Shown piece by piece: positions 12,819-25,100 of a DNA stretch of 64,000 nt. A program made the position numbers and the translations under genes. The stretch's first letter is position 1; the number at the start of each line of letters is the position of its first letter. Source of the stretch: Raillietiella orientalis (taxonomy: Eukaryota); the NCBI GenBank assembly GCA_036172245.1, contig JAYWIR010000006.1, forward strand, positions 3,658,001-3,722,000. The letters are read 5' to 3'. The notes below the pieces were generated by a model. The model saw only the letters and a program-made list of their open reading frames with translations. It had not been told where the DNA came from and searched no databases.

Positions 12819-14169
12819 CCACCGAAAGGTTCGTGCGCAGCAGGTACACAAATCTTCCAGCACTCGGATCGGCCACTCGAGGGACGCATCTTCCATCTTC
12901 CGTAAAGGACAGAAGGAATCCCGATTTCTTGCAATCCCAGAAGGATAATTCGGAATTCTTTGTCTGTCGAAATTTCCGACACATAACTTCACGGTCAGAG
13001 AAACTGGGAAAAAGCCTGGATGCTCTTATTCATCGAATGGTCCGCAGCTCTTGAGATAGGACATCCTCTGCAAGTCCATTCGGAATGCTCTGTTTCGCCA
13101 CACCCAAAGTTCATATGGACCTGGAGAAAAAGTCATGCTTATCGTGATGGAAGAAGTCTAGAAATCTTCTCCCGATCTTCCGAGAACCCTATCTTGAGAA
13201 TACCGTTGCTAATGAATCAGCAAGGGCTTCTTGTTCTCGTGCGGTTACCACGGCGTTGCTCCGTTGTGGTGGAAAGCATGCAGAATCGTCGCGACGACAG
13301 TCGACGACAGTAGGCGACCGACAGAGAAAGACCTCTGCCTCTTGGAACCTTGGAAACCTCTCTCGGTCCGAAACCTTCCAGTGGAGTGGTCCCAATCCGC
13401 TCTCCTGCGCGCACACGTTTACGACACGTTTACTTGCGATCGGCAGGTGCACCTTGGAGACCGTTGGCTCAGTCCAGCCACGATTCCCCCTGCGTTTGTC
13501 AAAAAGCTCTCCTCAAGCAGTTCTGATAGCCACCAGCGAAATGGAGATGGTTAGCACTTCCTCCCTCTCGATAGTGCTAAATCGCGCCACTCATCCTAAT
13601 TTCGTAATTATAACCATCATAATTGCATTACCTTAATGATCCTGGTTGCATAGCTCTTTCGAACTGATGCTATTCGCCGTTAACTTCCTTGCAGCGTCGG
13701 CGGCGCCTCTTTTCGAAGACCCCTCGCTTCAGGCTTCAGGTGGAGGAAGGAAGGAGGAGGAAGACCACCTTCTGGTGCTTCAGGTCGAAGCTCATTCTTG
13801 GCAAACAAAAGATGTCGTACTCCAGTGCCCGTTTCGAAATCACGAGCAAACGTCCCCTGACCCTCCTGAGTCGGGCCAGGAGACGAGGACCTTTTGCTGC
13901 TTAACCGATATGCCAGCGGTCTGTTGTGGGTTGTTGTTTTCCTTCCGGATGTAGAAATGACGCGCTCAGAATCCGATTCCACAGCCTCAGCCACTGCTTG
14001 TAAGGCGCGCCAACACGTACAGCATCCTCCGCCGGCGTGCGATGGATCGCGGAGCTTTCGTTGTGAACTTTTACTTTTCCATGCCATTGAAAAGAAAATA
14101 CCACGTACGGGGGAGCCATCCAACTGATCGGTATGTTGCCATGCAACCAAATGAAGCCACGAAATCCAA
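12819..14169 (+). mobile_element. Insert splitting the + strand U2 copy; starts with a degenerate non-LTR RT fragment
   Basis: ORF 12833-13054 reads HLPSSVK...QKD...NFRHIT...LGK (RT domain 1: xPxSWK..K.D..NFRPIT..GK), followed by LFRHTQSSYGPG in another frame. The distal part is unrecognisable and may be a mosaic. Confidence 0.55.
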
Positions 14170-14261
14170 TCTGCGCTCTCCAGTTTCCTATCCCATACAA
14201 CAACTGTCTCGGCGGCCAGAACATTGAACTACTAGTTTGGAAGTGGACGCGAAGCTTGGAG
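14170..14261 (+). pseudogene. U2: Degenerate U2 snRNA 3' part starting at TCTG, lacking the terminal stem-loops
   Basis: Aligns colinearly with the minus-strand U2 copy from TCTG..CAG.TT..TATC..ATAC through GCCAG to TGGAAGTGGACG.GA.GCTTGGAG. Confidence 0.65.
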
Positions 14262-14366
14262 AGACCGTCTTCGTTCACAAAATGGACAAACAACTACTTT
14301 CTCGAGGGAGTGCGGAACGTGGATTTCACTTTGCGTTTGTTTTTCGGTCCTCCCGCAATGGGGAGT

Positions 14367-14516
14367 GGTGAGCCGATCACGGAGGTGCTGCAATATCGGG
14401 TCAACCCGCGCCGGGAGAGGAGCAAGCTCCAAGCATCTCGTCCACTTCCAGAAAATAGCTTAGTATACTGGCTACCAGATAGGTGGCGTATCAGATATTA
14501 AGCTGATAACAACAGA
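14367..14516 (-). ncRNA. U2: U2 snRNA 3' part (from TCTGTT to the 3' end), missing its 5' end
   Basis: Reverse complement reads TCTGTTGTTATCAGCTTAATATCTGATACG...ATTTTCTGG (Sm-site-like)...GGAGCTTGCTCC...TATTGCAGCACCTCC...CGGCTCACC, which covers stem-loops IIa/IIb, III and IV of U2. Confidence 0.95.
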
Positions 14517-14905
14517 TTCTATTGAATGAATTCCGTAATACATCAAATTTATAATCACCAATGGCTCATCCCGATCTTCCCACCCTTCCCTTGTTCTCAT
14601 TACCTCTAGGTCTGCTTATTGCGGACTGGCTGGAGAGGTGCCGTGTTTAAGCAAGTGCTCCATGGGATCACTTGCATCATCTGGCATCAGTCTACGCGTC
14701 CAGTAGATGTCTCTACGGGCCTTTATACGAGAGGATACTGCCAATTTCCTCATCTTGTTTGCTTGCTGTCCTGGATGAAAGGATTCCCTCCCCTTGTTTG
14801 CACAGTTCCTGGGAATTCCTAAAGATCGTAGCATGCCATTTTTCTTGGGATCCTAAGATCCTAAGCATCCAACCAGTCACCGGAGCAACGGTGTGGGTGG
14901 TCCTT
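14517..14905 (-). mobile_element. 3' end of a Utopia-like (NeSL/R2-group, restriction-like endonuclease) U2-specific retrotransposon
   Basis: Translates as VGCLGS*DPKKNGMLRSLGIPRNCANK...MRKLAVSSRIKARRDIYW, matching the recalled Utopia C-terminus VGALGSWDP..L..LGI...MRKL.VS..I..SRDIY. About 100 nt of 3' UTR ends in AATAGAA, joined directly to U2 TCTGTT. Confidence 0.85.
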
Positions 14906-14909
14906 TGAA

Positions 14910-17190
14910 CTCCGGCAAGGACGCGCGCGACCCGCGTCCCTGACCGGCCGGGATGAGAGGCTCGCTGGCAAGCGTCGCCTTTTGTACAGCCTTCCTCTCC
15001 CTGCAACCGTTCCTCATTGGTGTTTTCAAAGACTCCCTGTGATCCTTCCTTTGAGCTCGCGTTCGTTCCCGCCTGCCGTCATTTGTACCTTCTATGCTCC
15101 CGCCGCACCAGGCGACCCCTGACAGAGTCCTCTCCAAGGAGACAGCGGATCATGTAATGGCAGCCGCGTTCGGACGAGAGGACCTGAGGAGAGCCGCGGT
15201 CCGAGAACCTGCTCTGCACTGGGTTCGACGAAAAGGGGAGAGAGCGCCAGCCCTCGCCGGGGCTTGCGTTCGGCCCCTCTCGGTCGAGACGATCTTCCTC
15301 CTGCGCGCCACCACCACGCCAGTCCCCTGCTCTTTAGCACCTACTTCGAGTTGGTGCCGAGAGCGTATAGGGCGACTTTGGCCCCCTTGCCGAACTCGTG
15401 CCCCGGCACGCCCGCCGTAGCAGCGTACGCCGACGATCTTCTGCTGTTATTACCCATGTCCACCCCGGCAGCCGCAGTCGAGGATTTCTTCGATCTGCTT
15501 AGCCGCGGGACGGAACTACGGGTGAACAAGGCAAAGTCGTCGGTGGTGGCGGTTGGTGCGACGTAGGCTGGACGGCCTGACTGGATTTGCTTAGGGATCC
15601 CCACGGCCAGGTACCTGAAGTACCTTGGCGTGCCGTTGGGGGACTTCTGCCCGTCAGGAGCCTGGTCAGGTCGTCTCCAAAAAGTGGAGTCGGCGGTCGG
15701 CCCGTTCCTGGAGGGCAAGTTCCTCTTGCTGGAACGGGCCGCGGTATGGAACGCGTTCGCGGCTCCCATCCTTCGCCCCCTGCTTTTTGTTTTCCCCGCT
15801 CCCCCCCAGTTGAAGAAGAGGACAAAGGACATACTCCATATCGCCCTCTGGGGCAAGGGGAGGCCTAGAGTGCCTCTGAAGGACTTATGCGCTCCGCGTC
15901 GAGACGGCGGTCTTGGTCTCCTGAGCTGGAGCGCTTGGAAATCCAGCTGCGATGGCGCACCTTGGCCATCGCAGCGAAGTTGTGGAGCACCCCTTGGTGC
16001 GTTCCGGCCCGCCTTCTTGCCAGCCGTGTCTCCAGGACGCAAGGACTAGCGTCTTATCTTCTGTGCTCCGGCCGGAAGATGCGAAGATGCGGCCTGCTCC
16101 TTGGACGCATGTCCACCTTGGCAAAGGAGAACGGCTGGATGGTCTGCAGCCCCGCCAACTCCTCCGCATGGCTGGAAGAGTCCACTGGCACGTGGGCGAA
16201 GATACATGAGGAACCACGAGACGTGGAACTGCCTGCAAGTCGGCTTCTACGCCCTCCGCACTCTGCGTGAAATTCTTGAATTTCCAGCGAGTTGCACGTG
16301 GGCGGAAGGGACACCCCTTGCTTCGGCGATGCCCTCCCTCCGTAGGGCGCTTCACAACAGCCGGAAACCGAGGTGGCATGTCTGTTGCCGTATCGCAGGC
16401 AGAGAGAAGATGATGAGCGGCTGGACCATGGGAGAGCTGACAGATTCTACGACCCCTAGTGCCCAGCCACGTGGATTAAGCTGCTCGGCATCCGGTCGGA
16501 TGACCTGAAGTGTCCCCCGGTTCTAATTGGTTCCAGGATTCTGCCCCTAAGGTGGCAAGAGTCGGCTCTTCTGTGGCTGCATTGGGGTCTACCCTGCAAC
16601 TCGCGCCGCTTCCACTGGACGCGGGGAAGTGTAAATCCTGCGTGTGCCAGGTGTGGGGAGCGGGAGTCCCTCCCCCACCTCCTAGTTGACTACCCTGCCC
16701 TCCGGATTCTTTGGGATCGTCTTGGAACGGCCCTCGGGAAACCGGATGTTGGCAACCCCAGGTAAGTTTACAGTCTTCTCTTCGTGAGGCTGCCAGTGCT
16801 GCCAGCCGCAGCCCTGGCAGCACTTTGCTGCATTCGTGGTATCGTGGCGGCCTGGAGTGATGCCGAAGATGAAGATTGAAACGCGACGGACGTCATCCAG
16901 TATGCTGTTCGCTTCCTGCAGAGAGCTACAGGATGGCCCCAACTGGGAAGAATAAAGAAGGACCTCGAGGGCATCCTGCAAAGGATGGATCCTCCCCGAA
17001 GTGGAACGTGATCCCTTCCCGGCCCTCCAAACTCTTTTTGTTGTTTTTTTTCTGAATTTTATTTTATTTTTGTTTCCTCCCCCATCCCATTCCACTGCCG
17101 AGGAGAGTCACACCGGGCTGCGTCCCGGTGTCCCGGCAGGTCCAGTATTGCGTGGCCGTTAGTGGGGCCTTGTACCACGTTCTGTACTGA
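14910..17190 (+). mobile_element. Degenerate Tx1/L1-like LINE ORF2 (RT, thumb, zinc knuckle) with 3' UTR
   Basis: AAYADDLLLL (about 15420), LRVNKAKS, KYLGVPLG, LCAPRRDGGLGLL, CxxC region near 16640, and a T-rich 3' UTR. Multiple stops and frameshifts. Confidence 0.9.
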
Positions 17191-17899
17191 CGGATGAAGT
17201 GTTTTAATGGCGATGTTTAAATCCGACTGGCGATGCCACCCGGCGTACCCGGGTGGCATCGCCGGTCTCCCCACCAGCATCCCCCCACTGCCTCCGGGAG
17301 AGCCCGGGTGCGGCAGGAGGCTGCGGCGACTTCCGTTTCTCTTTCCCAGGTTCATTCTATCACCTCCCGTCGGTTCCTTCCTTCGGCTACTCGCCTCCGG
17401 TTCCTCAAGCTGCCAAGAAAGCGATGACTTCCTTGCTCGTTTTGCATCTTGAAATTGTGACCATCGTTACGGGACACATTCTAAATCCATTCTTCGTTCT
17501 AACTTACTCCAAGAATTGCTTGGATCGATCTTGAAAAAAAAAGAGGGAGAGAAATAGAGAAATAGATGCCACCACGAATTGCCCCAAATGAATCAAACCG
17601 CACGCATAAATGGGTGTTGGAGAAACGGCAGCTTACGGATCACTGCCCGAAGGAACGCGGTTTCCGTGGAGACGCAGAACGCCGCGCTAGGAAGCGGGAA
17701 GACCGAACAATAAAACACTAATCTTCTCAATTAGATAAGACTTGATGAAAGGAGCAGCATCCATTTCCGGCTATCATCCGCGCTGCTTGGTTAGTCCGAC
17801 GCTCGGATACCAGTCTCCCAGGATTTGCCTTGCGGCGTCTCTTCCGAGCAGCCGCACGCCTTGATTGCTCGACGGACGCTTCGACCACAGCAGCAGGAA

Positions 17900-18556
17900 T
17901 TCAAAGGAAGCCGTGATCTTCCCCCCCCCCTCTCCCCCCAATCTTTCAAAACCTTTACGAGCAGTGAAAGAGCGCAAACACTTAGCAACGGGCTGTTACC
18001 GTGAACCATCGAGGAAGGATCGAGGGATTCCCTCTTTCAGCGCCACGGCCTAGAAGCGGAGCGGCACGGAGGCAACGGCGCTGCCGCCCCTTCGGAACTG
18101 CCACTGCGAGGAAGAGGCGCTGCCGTTCAGGCGGACCTCGAATAAGGTCTTTCGAGACATGGCCGAGCCCTCTCCGTCCGCCGCCGGCGGAGAAGAGAAT
18201 CGTTACGGGAGACCGCCTGCGTTTTCCCTCTCCGAGGACCCGTCTGAAGGTGCCCCTCCCAACCTTCCCGACCGAGGAGCTTCCTTGGGGGGCGCGTCTC
18301 CGGCGGGCCCTCCGCGCGCGCGCATTTGGAGGAATGCCGAGGCGCCGCCACCTTTTGGCCGTGTGCGTGCGCGAACACCGACCGTGGCGCGGATGGACTT
18401 GCGTGGTGTTAGGGGCAAGGGGGAGGAAAGTAGGGAATCAGGCTCGTGCTCTTCCTTTCCCGGATTGGTCAACTGGACCAGCTCTGCAGTTAACGGCCTG
18501 GACGTCCTTTCCCGGGTGCGGCTGATTCCTCCTCCGAGAGGGGAGGGGAAAAAATA
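17900..18556 (+). mobile_element. Eroded LINE 3' end upstream of the mannosidase gene
   Basis: HLLAVC...W zinc-knuckle remnant. Ends in a GC hairpin plus A run, like the element at 10569. Boundaries approximate. Confidence 0.35.
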
Positions 18557-19164
18557 AGCTCAAAAACATGTGCATGCGCGCGCGCAAAAAGCGAACGTCC
18601 AGGGTCGAAACGCCACCCTGGATCTGGCTCTGTTGGTTTACCAAGAGTTCGCCCGTCTTCCCGGTAGCCACAGTGGGTTAGAGGTTCTCCCGTTTCTCTC
18701 CTTGTCTCTTGCAAGAAAGCCGAAAGCGGCGAAGATAAGGACGTGCGCTGGGGCGCTTCCGCGGCTTCGATCGGGCGCCCTTCCGCGCCCGACTTCCTCC
18801 CCTTCCCGCGCTGGCGATCGAAATGTCCGTTCGATGCGGGGAGGGAAACAAATCAGGGGTTGACAAACGCAACGGGGAGCGCGCCAGCCCCTGGCCACCG
18901 TTCCGCCGCCAGCCGCGCGTCTTCCGCGAAGTGGCGAACCTGCGTGCGTCATGGGTGAGGGCGCACGTTCTGCGGGCGCTTGGCCGAATTCATAACGGGC
19001 GGCTAGGCGGCAACCTGCTTTAGTCAAGCGCGGGCGAGGATTGTGGTGCGCGCTGCTCGCGCTCTCCGTGCGGTCGCCCGTCAACGCGCGCGCTCGGCAC
19101 TCTCAGGACAGACGTTTCTCCAGTGCCTCCCCCCTCTCTCCCTGGACATGACCGCGGCAACATC

Positions 19165-22100
19165 ATGAAGCACGCACTCCTCTGCCGCAAGCTGATGAAA
19201 CTTTTGTTCCGGTACGCGACGCTGGCGTCGCTGTCCGTGCTCCTTGTGATCGTCCTGGTGACTCTGCTGCGCACGGTGTCCGTCGGTAGGACGCGTGCCA
19301 GCGGCGGTGAGCGCCGCTCGTCCCCGTGGACGTGTCCGACGGTGCTAAGAGCCACCACCAACGTCAGCACGTTTGACGAGTTCCCGTCCTTCCAGTTCCA
19401 GGTAACTAGACTTAAGAAGCGAGTCCCCGAGAATGCGACGACCACTTGCACGTGATCGTTGGTGGCTAAGTAGAAAATGATAATGAGGGTCTGATGTGCT
19501 CCTGTGGCCCTTGCGTGCCACGATGCTGGGCGATGCTCTGCTCCCAAGTGCGAGGGCGAGCGACTGAGAAACCGGCCTGCCCGACTGAAGTCCGGCTTGC
19601 CGGCGTGACGTCAGCGTTCTCGATCAGCACGGCGCGCAACAATGCGATCTAAAAATACGGGGCGAGCGGCTGGGAGACAACGGCGCGCCTCGAGTCGCGG
19701 CTTGGCGGCGTGACGTCAGCGTTCTCGAGCGGCACGGCACCCAACAATGCTATCTAAAAATACGGGGCGAGCGGCTGGGAGACAGCGGAGCACCCCGAGT
19801 GCGCGGCTTGGCGACGGAAACGCACCAGTCGTTGAGAGGGTGAGTGTTCGGTAGTTCGCCCCGTAGAAGAACGAGAAAGGCGTCCGGTTTAGCGATGCGC
19901 CTGTAGAGTGCACGGGTCGTCCGGAATTCCCGATATCGATCTAACTTCATCCCTGCGCATGCACCGTCCGACCTGAGAGGCGTGCGTTCCACGGCAACTT
20001 GGCATGCTCTCAGCTCCCGTTATCCGGCTGCCGTCGGTGGAGATTGCTCGTTCTGCGAAGGAGCTGCCTCAGGAGACGGTCTGGCCGGACGCGAGGGAGG
20101 AATCCCACAGCGGGACCGCGGAGCTCCCGTTACGAGCGGCGAGATTGCCCCGAGCGCGACGACGGGGAGAAGCGCGAGCGCTCGTGCGCTTCCAGCCGCA
20201 GCAGCCCGCGCGCAGCTTCCGTCCTCCTCCTCCTCCTCCCCGTGTCCTCCTGGAAGCGAATCACGCGGGTGAGCGGATCTTCGCGTTCGACTCGAGAAGA
20301 ACTGTTGAGGAACCGCCGCGCTCCTGGAGGGGAGGGCATGGACGTCTACTTTCCGAGGGAAAGAAGGGAGTTCACCCTCTCCCTCTACTCCTTGTACCCT
20401 TCCACGCTCGCAGGATGCGGCGGAGGCATCGGAAAGCTCGCGGAAGTTTAAAGAGAAAGAGGCGTTGAACTGAAGGGAAACCCTGGGTTTCTCACTGGGA
20501 GGTTGGCCGAGGATGGCAGCAGCATCCTTCCTCGAGAGGGAGGTGAAAAAGAGTCGCTGACGATTTTTCTCCCCGGCCGGCCGCCAGTTCGCCGCTTCTT
20601 CCTAGGGGGAACTCCGCTTCGCTCGCCGCCATCTCAGGCGCCATCGCCTCCACCACAGCAGCGACCGTCCTCTCCGCGGTCAGCTGGCGATTCCTGCATG
20701 AAGGCAGGAAGGTGGTCTCCCGTCACGAGGAAAAAATCCAGGCGCCCTGGCGGCACTACGTTCACGGGATCCTTCCCAGCCCTTGTTCCTCCCAAGGGCT
20801 GGGAGGAACAAGGGCTCTCCCAGCTCCCAAGTTCGCCGGCAGAGGGGCAGAGGCTCCTTCCGGCACGTCTGATGGCGACCCTTCGAAGGCGCACGGAGGG
20901 GATGAGTCAGGGAGCGCAGGTCGCAGGCGAGGCGACCAACGACGATGGGGGACCACGCGCAGTGAACCAGGGAGATCCGTGCCCTCCCCCTCTGGGTGCA
21001 AGGAGGGCGAGGCGAGGTCCCCCGTCAGCAGAAGTTTGAGTGAGGAGGAGGAGAAACTCCAGGGCTTCCTTGGGCAACTCAGGGGGAAACGGAGAAGCGG
21101 AACCGCTCGGGAACATCTCGGTCCACAACCAGGCAACTGGTGGTCCACTCTCAGGGGGACGCTCCTGGAGAGCGACTGCTCCTTCGAAGCGCTCCCTCCA
21201 TGGCCCTATTTCCCCTTTTCCCACGAGAAAACTCCGCTTCCTGCGGAGAGTCCCCCTGTCCGGCTCCGCGGAAGCGGAGGATCCATGGCAACGCCTCTTC
21301 GTGACACCATCCTCCGGTCCGCCGGCCGCTCCGGAAGTACTGCGAGGCATCCGGCCGCTGCCGAGACCGGCGGAACGAGTCCACCAAATGCGCGTAGTCC
21401 GGCTCCCGGGGCGAGAGGCACGCCGGGAGGGAAAGCAAGGGGCCACTTCTCTTCCCATCGCTAGACGGCTCGGGGGAAGCGCCTGCTGAACGCGGTAACT
21501 TACAGTGCCCGCAGGTGGCCTCGGGTTTAAGGCGGGCGTCCCCCTGCCGGCGCACCTTGCTGGATGGATGGTAACCCTTCGCCTTCCCTCCTTTCCCTTC
21601 ATCCCGTGAGCGGCGTTCCCGTTTTCTCCCCGTCAGACGGCGCCGCGCGCGACCTGCACGCACCATGCAGAGAGCGTGCGTTCGAGAGCGAGCGAACGCC
21701 CCTAGCGGGAAGGGGTGGGAACTCCGTGCGTCCGTCTGACCGAATCCGCGACTGGCGAAGTGGTGCCACCTCCCTCGCTCCTTGCCGAAGCTCGAAGCGG
21801 TCAGGTCTCTTCCTCTCGACTGCCTCGGGTGGGGCACGTGCAGAGCTCGGCGGATCGGGAGTTCCCACCCGGTTCTAAACACAGTATATTTGCGGTACTA
21901 GGCCCCGCTGCGGCCAATAGTTCATGGGGCTTGCCGGGAAGCCGGTACGCAGACCGTCTCGACACTCCTCGGCAGCAGAGGGAGATGGGGGAAAAAACAA
22001 AAAGAAAAATAAAGGAAACAAAAAAAAAAAAAAAAGAAACACTTTGGAGGGCCGGGAAGGGATCACTGCCCGCTGGAGGAAGAGACCATCCTTTCCAGGA

Positions 22101-25100
22101 TGCCCTCGAGGTCCCTCTGCATAGCTCCCAGATGGAACCAGCCGATCGCGGTTCGCAGGTAGCGACCCGCGTGTACGATGGGGTCCCTATCGCTGCTTCC
22201 TCTGTTGGCTGCGCTCCACGTAGCCACAATCCCTCGGAGGCAGCAGAGCGCTGCCAGGGCTGAGGCTGGTTGCAGGGCGTCTCACATGAAGAGGAGTCGC
22301 ACAACGTCTCTGGGGGGACTGCCAACCGGCATCCGGAGGGTCGTAGCAAAACGCTCCCACAAGGGCCGGAGGGCAGCGCAGTCCACTAGCAGGTGGGGGA
22401 GGGGTTCCTTTTCCCCGCACACTGCACACTTCTGTCCCACCTGGCAGTGCGCGTTGTAGGGAAGACCCCAGTGCAGTAGCAGCAGCGCCGATTCCTGCCA
22501 CTTGAGGGGGAGGGTGGACGTGTCTGTAAATACCGGGGGCCACTTTAGGTCATCCAGCGGGATGCCCAGCAGCTCGCCCCATCCGAATTCCTCGCGGGAG
22601 GACTCTCGGGGTCGCGGCGTCAGTCAGTTCCCTCGTGGTCCAGCCGCTCATCATCTGCTCCCTGCCCGCTATCCTGCAGGAGACTTGCCATCTCGGCGTT
22701 CGGCTGCTGCCTAGCGCCCTCCTCAGGAAGAGCAGCGCCGTGGTCAGTGGGGTCGTCTCTGCCCACGTGCTTCTGGCGGGACGCTCGAGCATGTTCCGCA
22801 GCGTGCAGCGGGTGTAGATGCCGGGTCGCAGGCGGTTCCAGGATTCACCACTTTTCTGGTTCAGCTTCGCTTACTTGCCAATTGTTTCTTCCAGCCATGC
22901 GCTGGAGTTGGCGGGGCTGCAGGCGATCCAGCCGTTCTCCTTGGCCAGGGTGGCCATGCGTCCGAGGAGAAGACCGCATCTTCTTATTTTCCGGCCGCGG
23001 CACAGAAAAAAAGAGAGTCCTCCCGCTCTGGATACACTGGGAGTGTGGGGGATTGCAGGTCCATGCCCCATTACCTCACCTCGGCGGCGGGACAGCAGCT
23101 GCTCCGCGAACGTCTCGAGGCTCGGCGAGGAGGAGGAGAGAGAAGAGAAAAGAAAGAAGAGGAAGAGGAGGGGGGAGGGAGGCGGAGGAGGATAGAGGGA
23201 GGAGGAAGGGAGGGAGTGGTAGGAAGGGAAGAAGAGGAGGAGGAGGAAAGAAGGAGGAAGAGAGGGGACGGTAGTCAGTCCCTCTGTCCGGTCCTCGCGA
23301 AACGAGCTCTTACCGCGGTCTCCTTTCCCCCAGGAGCGCATCGCGATCCGTCGCCACTACGAGCGCGCCCCATCACCGTGTGCCCTGCTGTGGCTGAAAC
23401 GTGCCGCTTTCTTTGCAGGAGGACTGGATCGGCAAGATGAGCTGGTGGAACGAGGACTTCGAGTCGCGGTTCCTGAAGGCCAAGTCTTCCAGGAAGAACC
23501 GCACCCTGAAGGTAAGAGGCTTGCCGCTGCCGCGGGAGACTTGCCGGGCCTGCGCTCTCCCTGCTCCTTCTTTCTGGGAGCCGCGGTATACTGTCCAGGA
23601 GTCAACACAAAATCTCATCTGGGAAACGCGCCATGCCTTTTCCTCGTCCCTCGCGAGAAGGAAGGGAAAGATGGCGACGACACCCCTGACCGACGATGGC
23701 CACAGGTGCCTCGCCCGGACGCCCCTGTTGACCAGCCGGGATTGAAATTCGGCCCTCCAGGGTCCTTCCAGGACAGCTCAAGGTTCCGAAACGTCTCGCT
23801 GGGTCCGAGTCATGGAAACGCTCTTCCGTTGCCACTGTTACGACGGCGAGGATGCCCTCGCTGTCCGTGCCGGGTTCCACTCGCCAATCCCTTTACTCGC
23901 GGAGTGTTGTGTTTCGGGGACGCTCGTGGCGCTTCCCGACAGCGGCCCGAGGCTATGACGCGAAGCGACCTCTCGGAATTCCGGATCGCCGAGCGAGCTC
24001 TCTTGGTGAGCATGGCGAGGACAGCGTGTGGGGGTCAGCGACTGGGCGCGGCAGGGCGCCTCGAGTGTACGACGGCGGAGATCGGTCCGTCGCGGACGCC
24101 GCCTGGGGGCACTGCCCTCTCGCGCGCCCTTTTCCCCTCCCCTCAGCTTTCAGGGGCTCCTTGACGCAGCGGTCTACGCTAGCAGAAGCGGCATCCCTCT
24201 GCCACCCGTCTCCGACCTCAGGAGCTCCATGCCGTCGCCCAGACCGCGTATAGACGGAACAGCAGCCACTTTCCCCTTGACCTGTGTGCACCACGCAGAG
24301 CACGGGCACCCGCCTCCACCGTCCTCCCTGTCCGGTTGCGCCAACCCGTCCTCTTGGCTCACCATCCCGGCAGGCTATGTGCGGGGGGGCGCGCGCGCGA
24401 CCTCTGACGCTTTCGCGCAAGCTGGCCGTCTCACGCGGGGCTGCGTGCCGGCACGCCGCCACTGCGCGGCATGGCGGACTTTCCCTTTCGCAGACAGCTG
24501 ATCGGTTCGCTCCGTTTCTCTCCAACAGTGGGAAACCCAGGAAACCGATCGCAAACGCTCGAGCTCGCGCGCGGGCGGAGGCATGTCCCCCCCCCCCCAT
24601 TCAAGAAGCGGCACAGCAGAGCGTTCCCCTGGGAATGCAGTGGGTGCTGTCCCTAGCTCGGGTTCTTTTTCTACGAGGCGTGGAGCGGTGAAGCTGCCGC
24701 TCGTCTCGAAGCGACCTCTCCCCCGTCCCCGTCCCTCATTGCGGCGAATGGAAGGGAGCGGCGCTTACAACCAAGCCGGGAACGCGCGCCCTCGTCCGTG
24801 GGTGGATGCACTGCGCGCGTCGCAGCGCAGAGGGTCGCTGGGCCGGCCTGCCTGCCTCCTGCAGTCCGGGAAGGGGCGCAGGGGATTCGCGCTTGCCGCC
24901 GCTGCCTACCGCCGCCAGCAGAGCTCTCTCTTCGAGACGCCTCCTCCCGGAGGAAGCCGCGCGTCTCCGCCGCCTACGAAAGGGGCGCTGCTGGTCGGAG
25001 AGTGTTTCGGAGAGGCGCGGGGGAGAGCGCGACCAAAGCTGGATTTCCGCGGATTTTCAAGGTCAACCCGGCACCTGGGCTTCTCTGCGTCGAAGCGCGA

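Noticed and set aside
12819..14900. Inversion model joining the + U2 5' half to the - Utopia/U2 3' half through CCACC microhomology
   Set aside because: Only 5 bp of homology, and a colinear + strand U2 3' part at 14170 explains the layout more simply. Not formally excluded.
17660..17730. Short matches to U5 (TTTCCGTGGAGA) and U6 (GAGAAGATTAG, minus)
   Set aside because: 11-12-nt matches with no flanking similarity.
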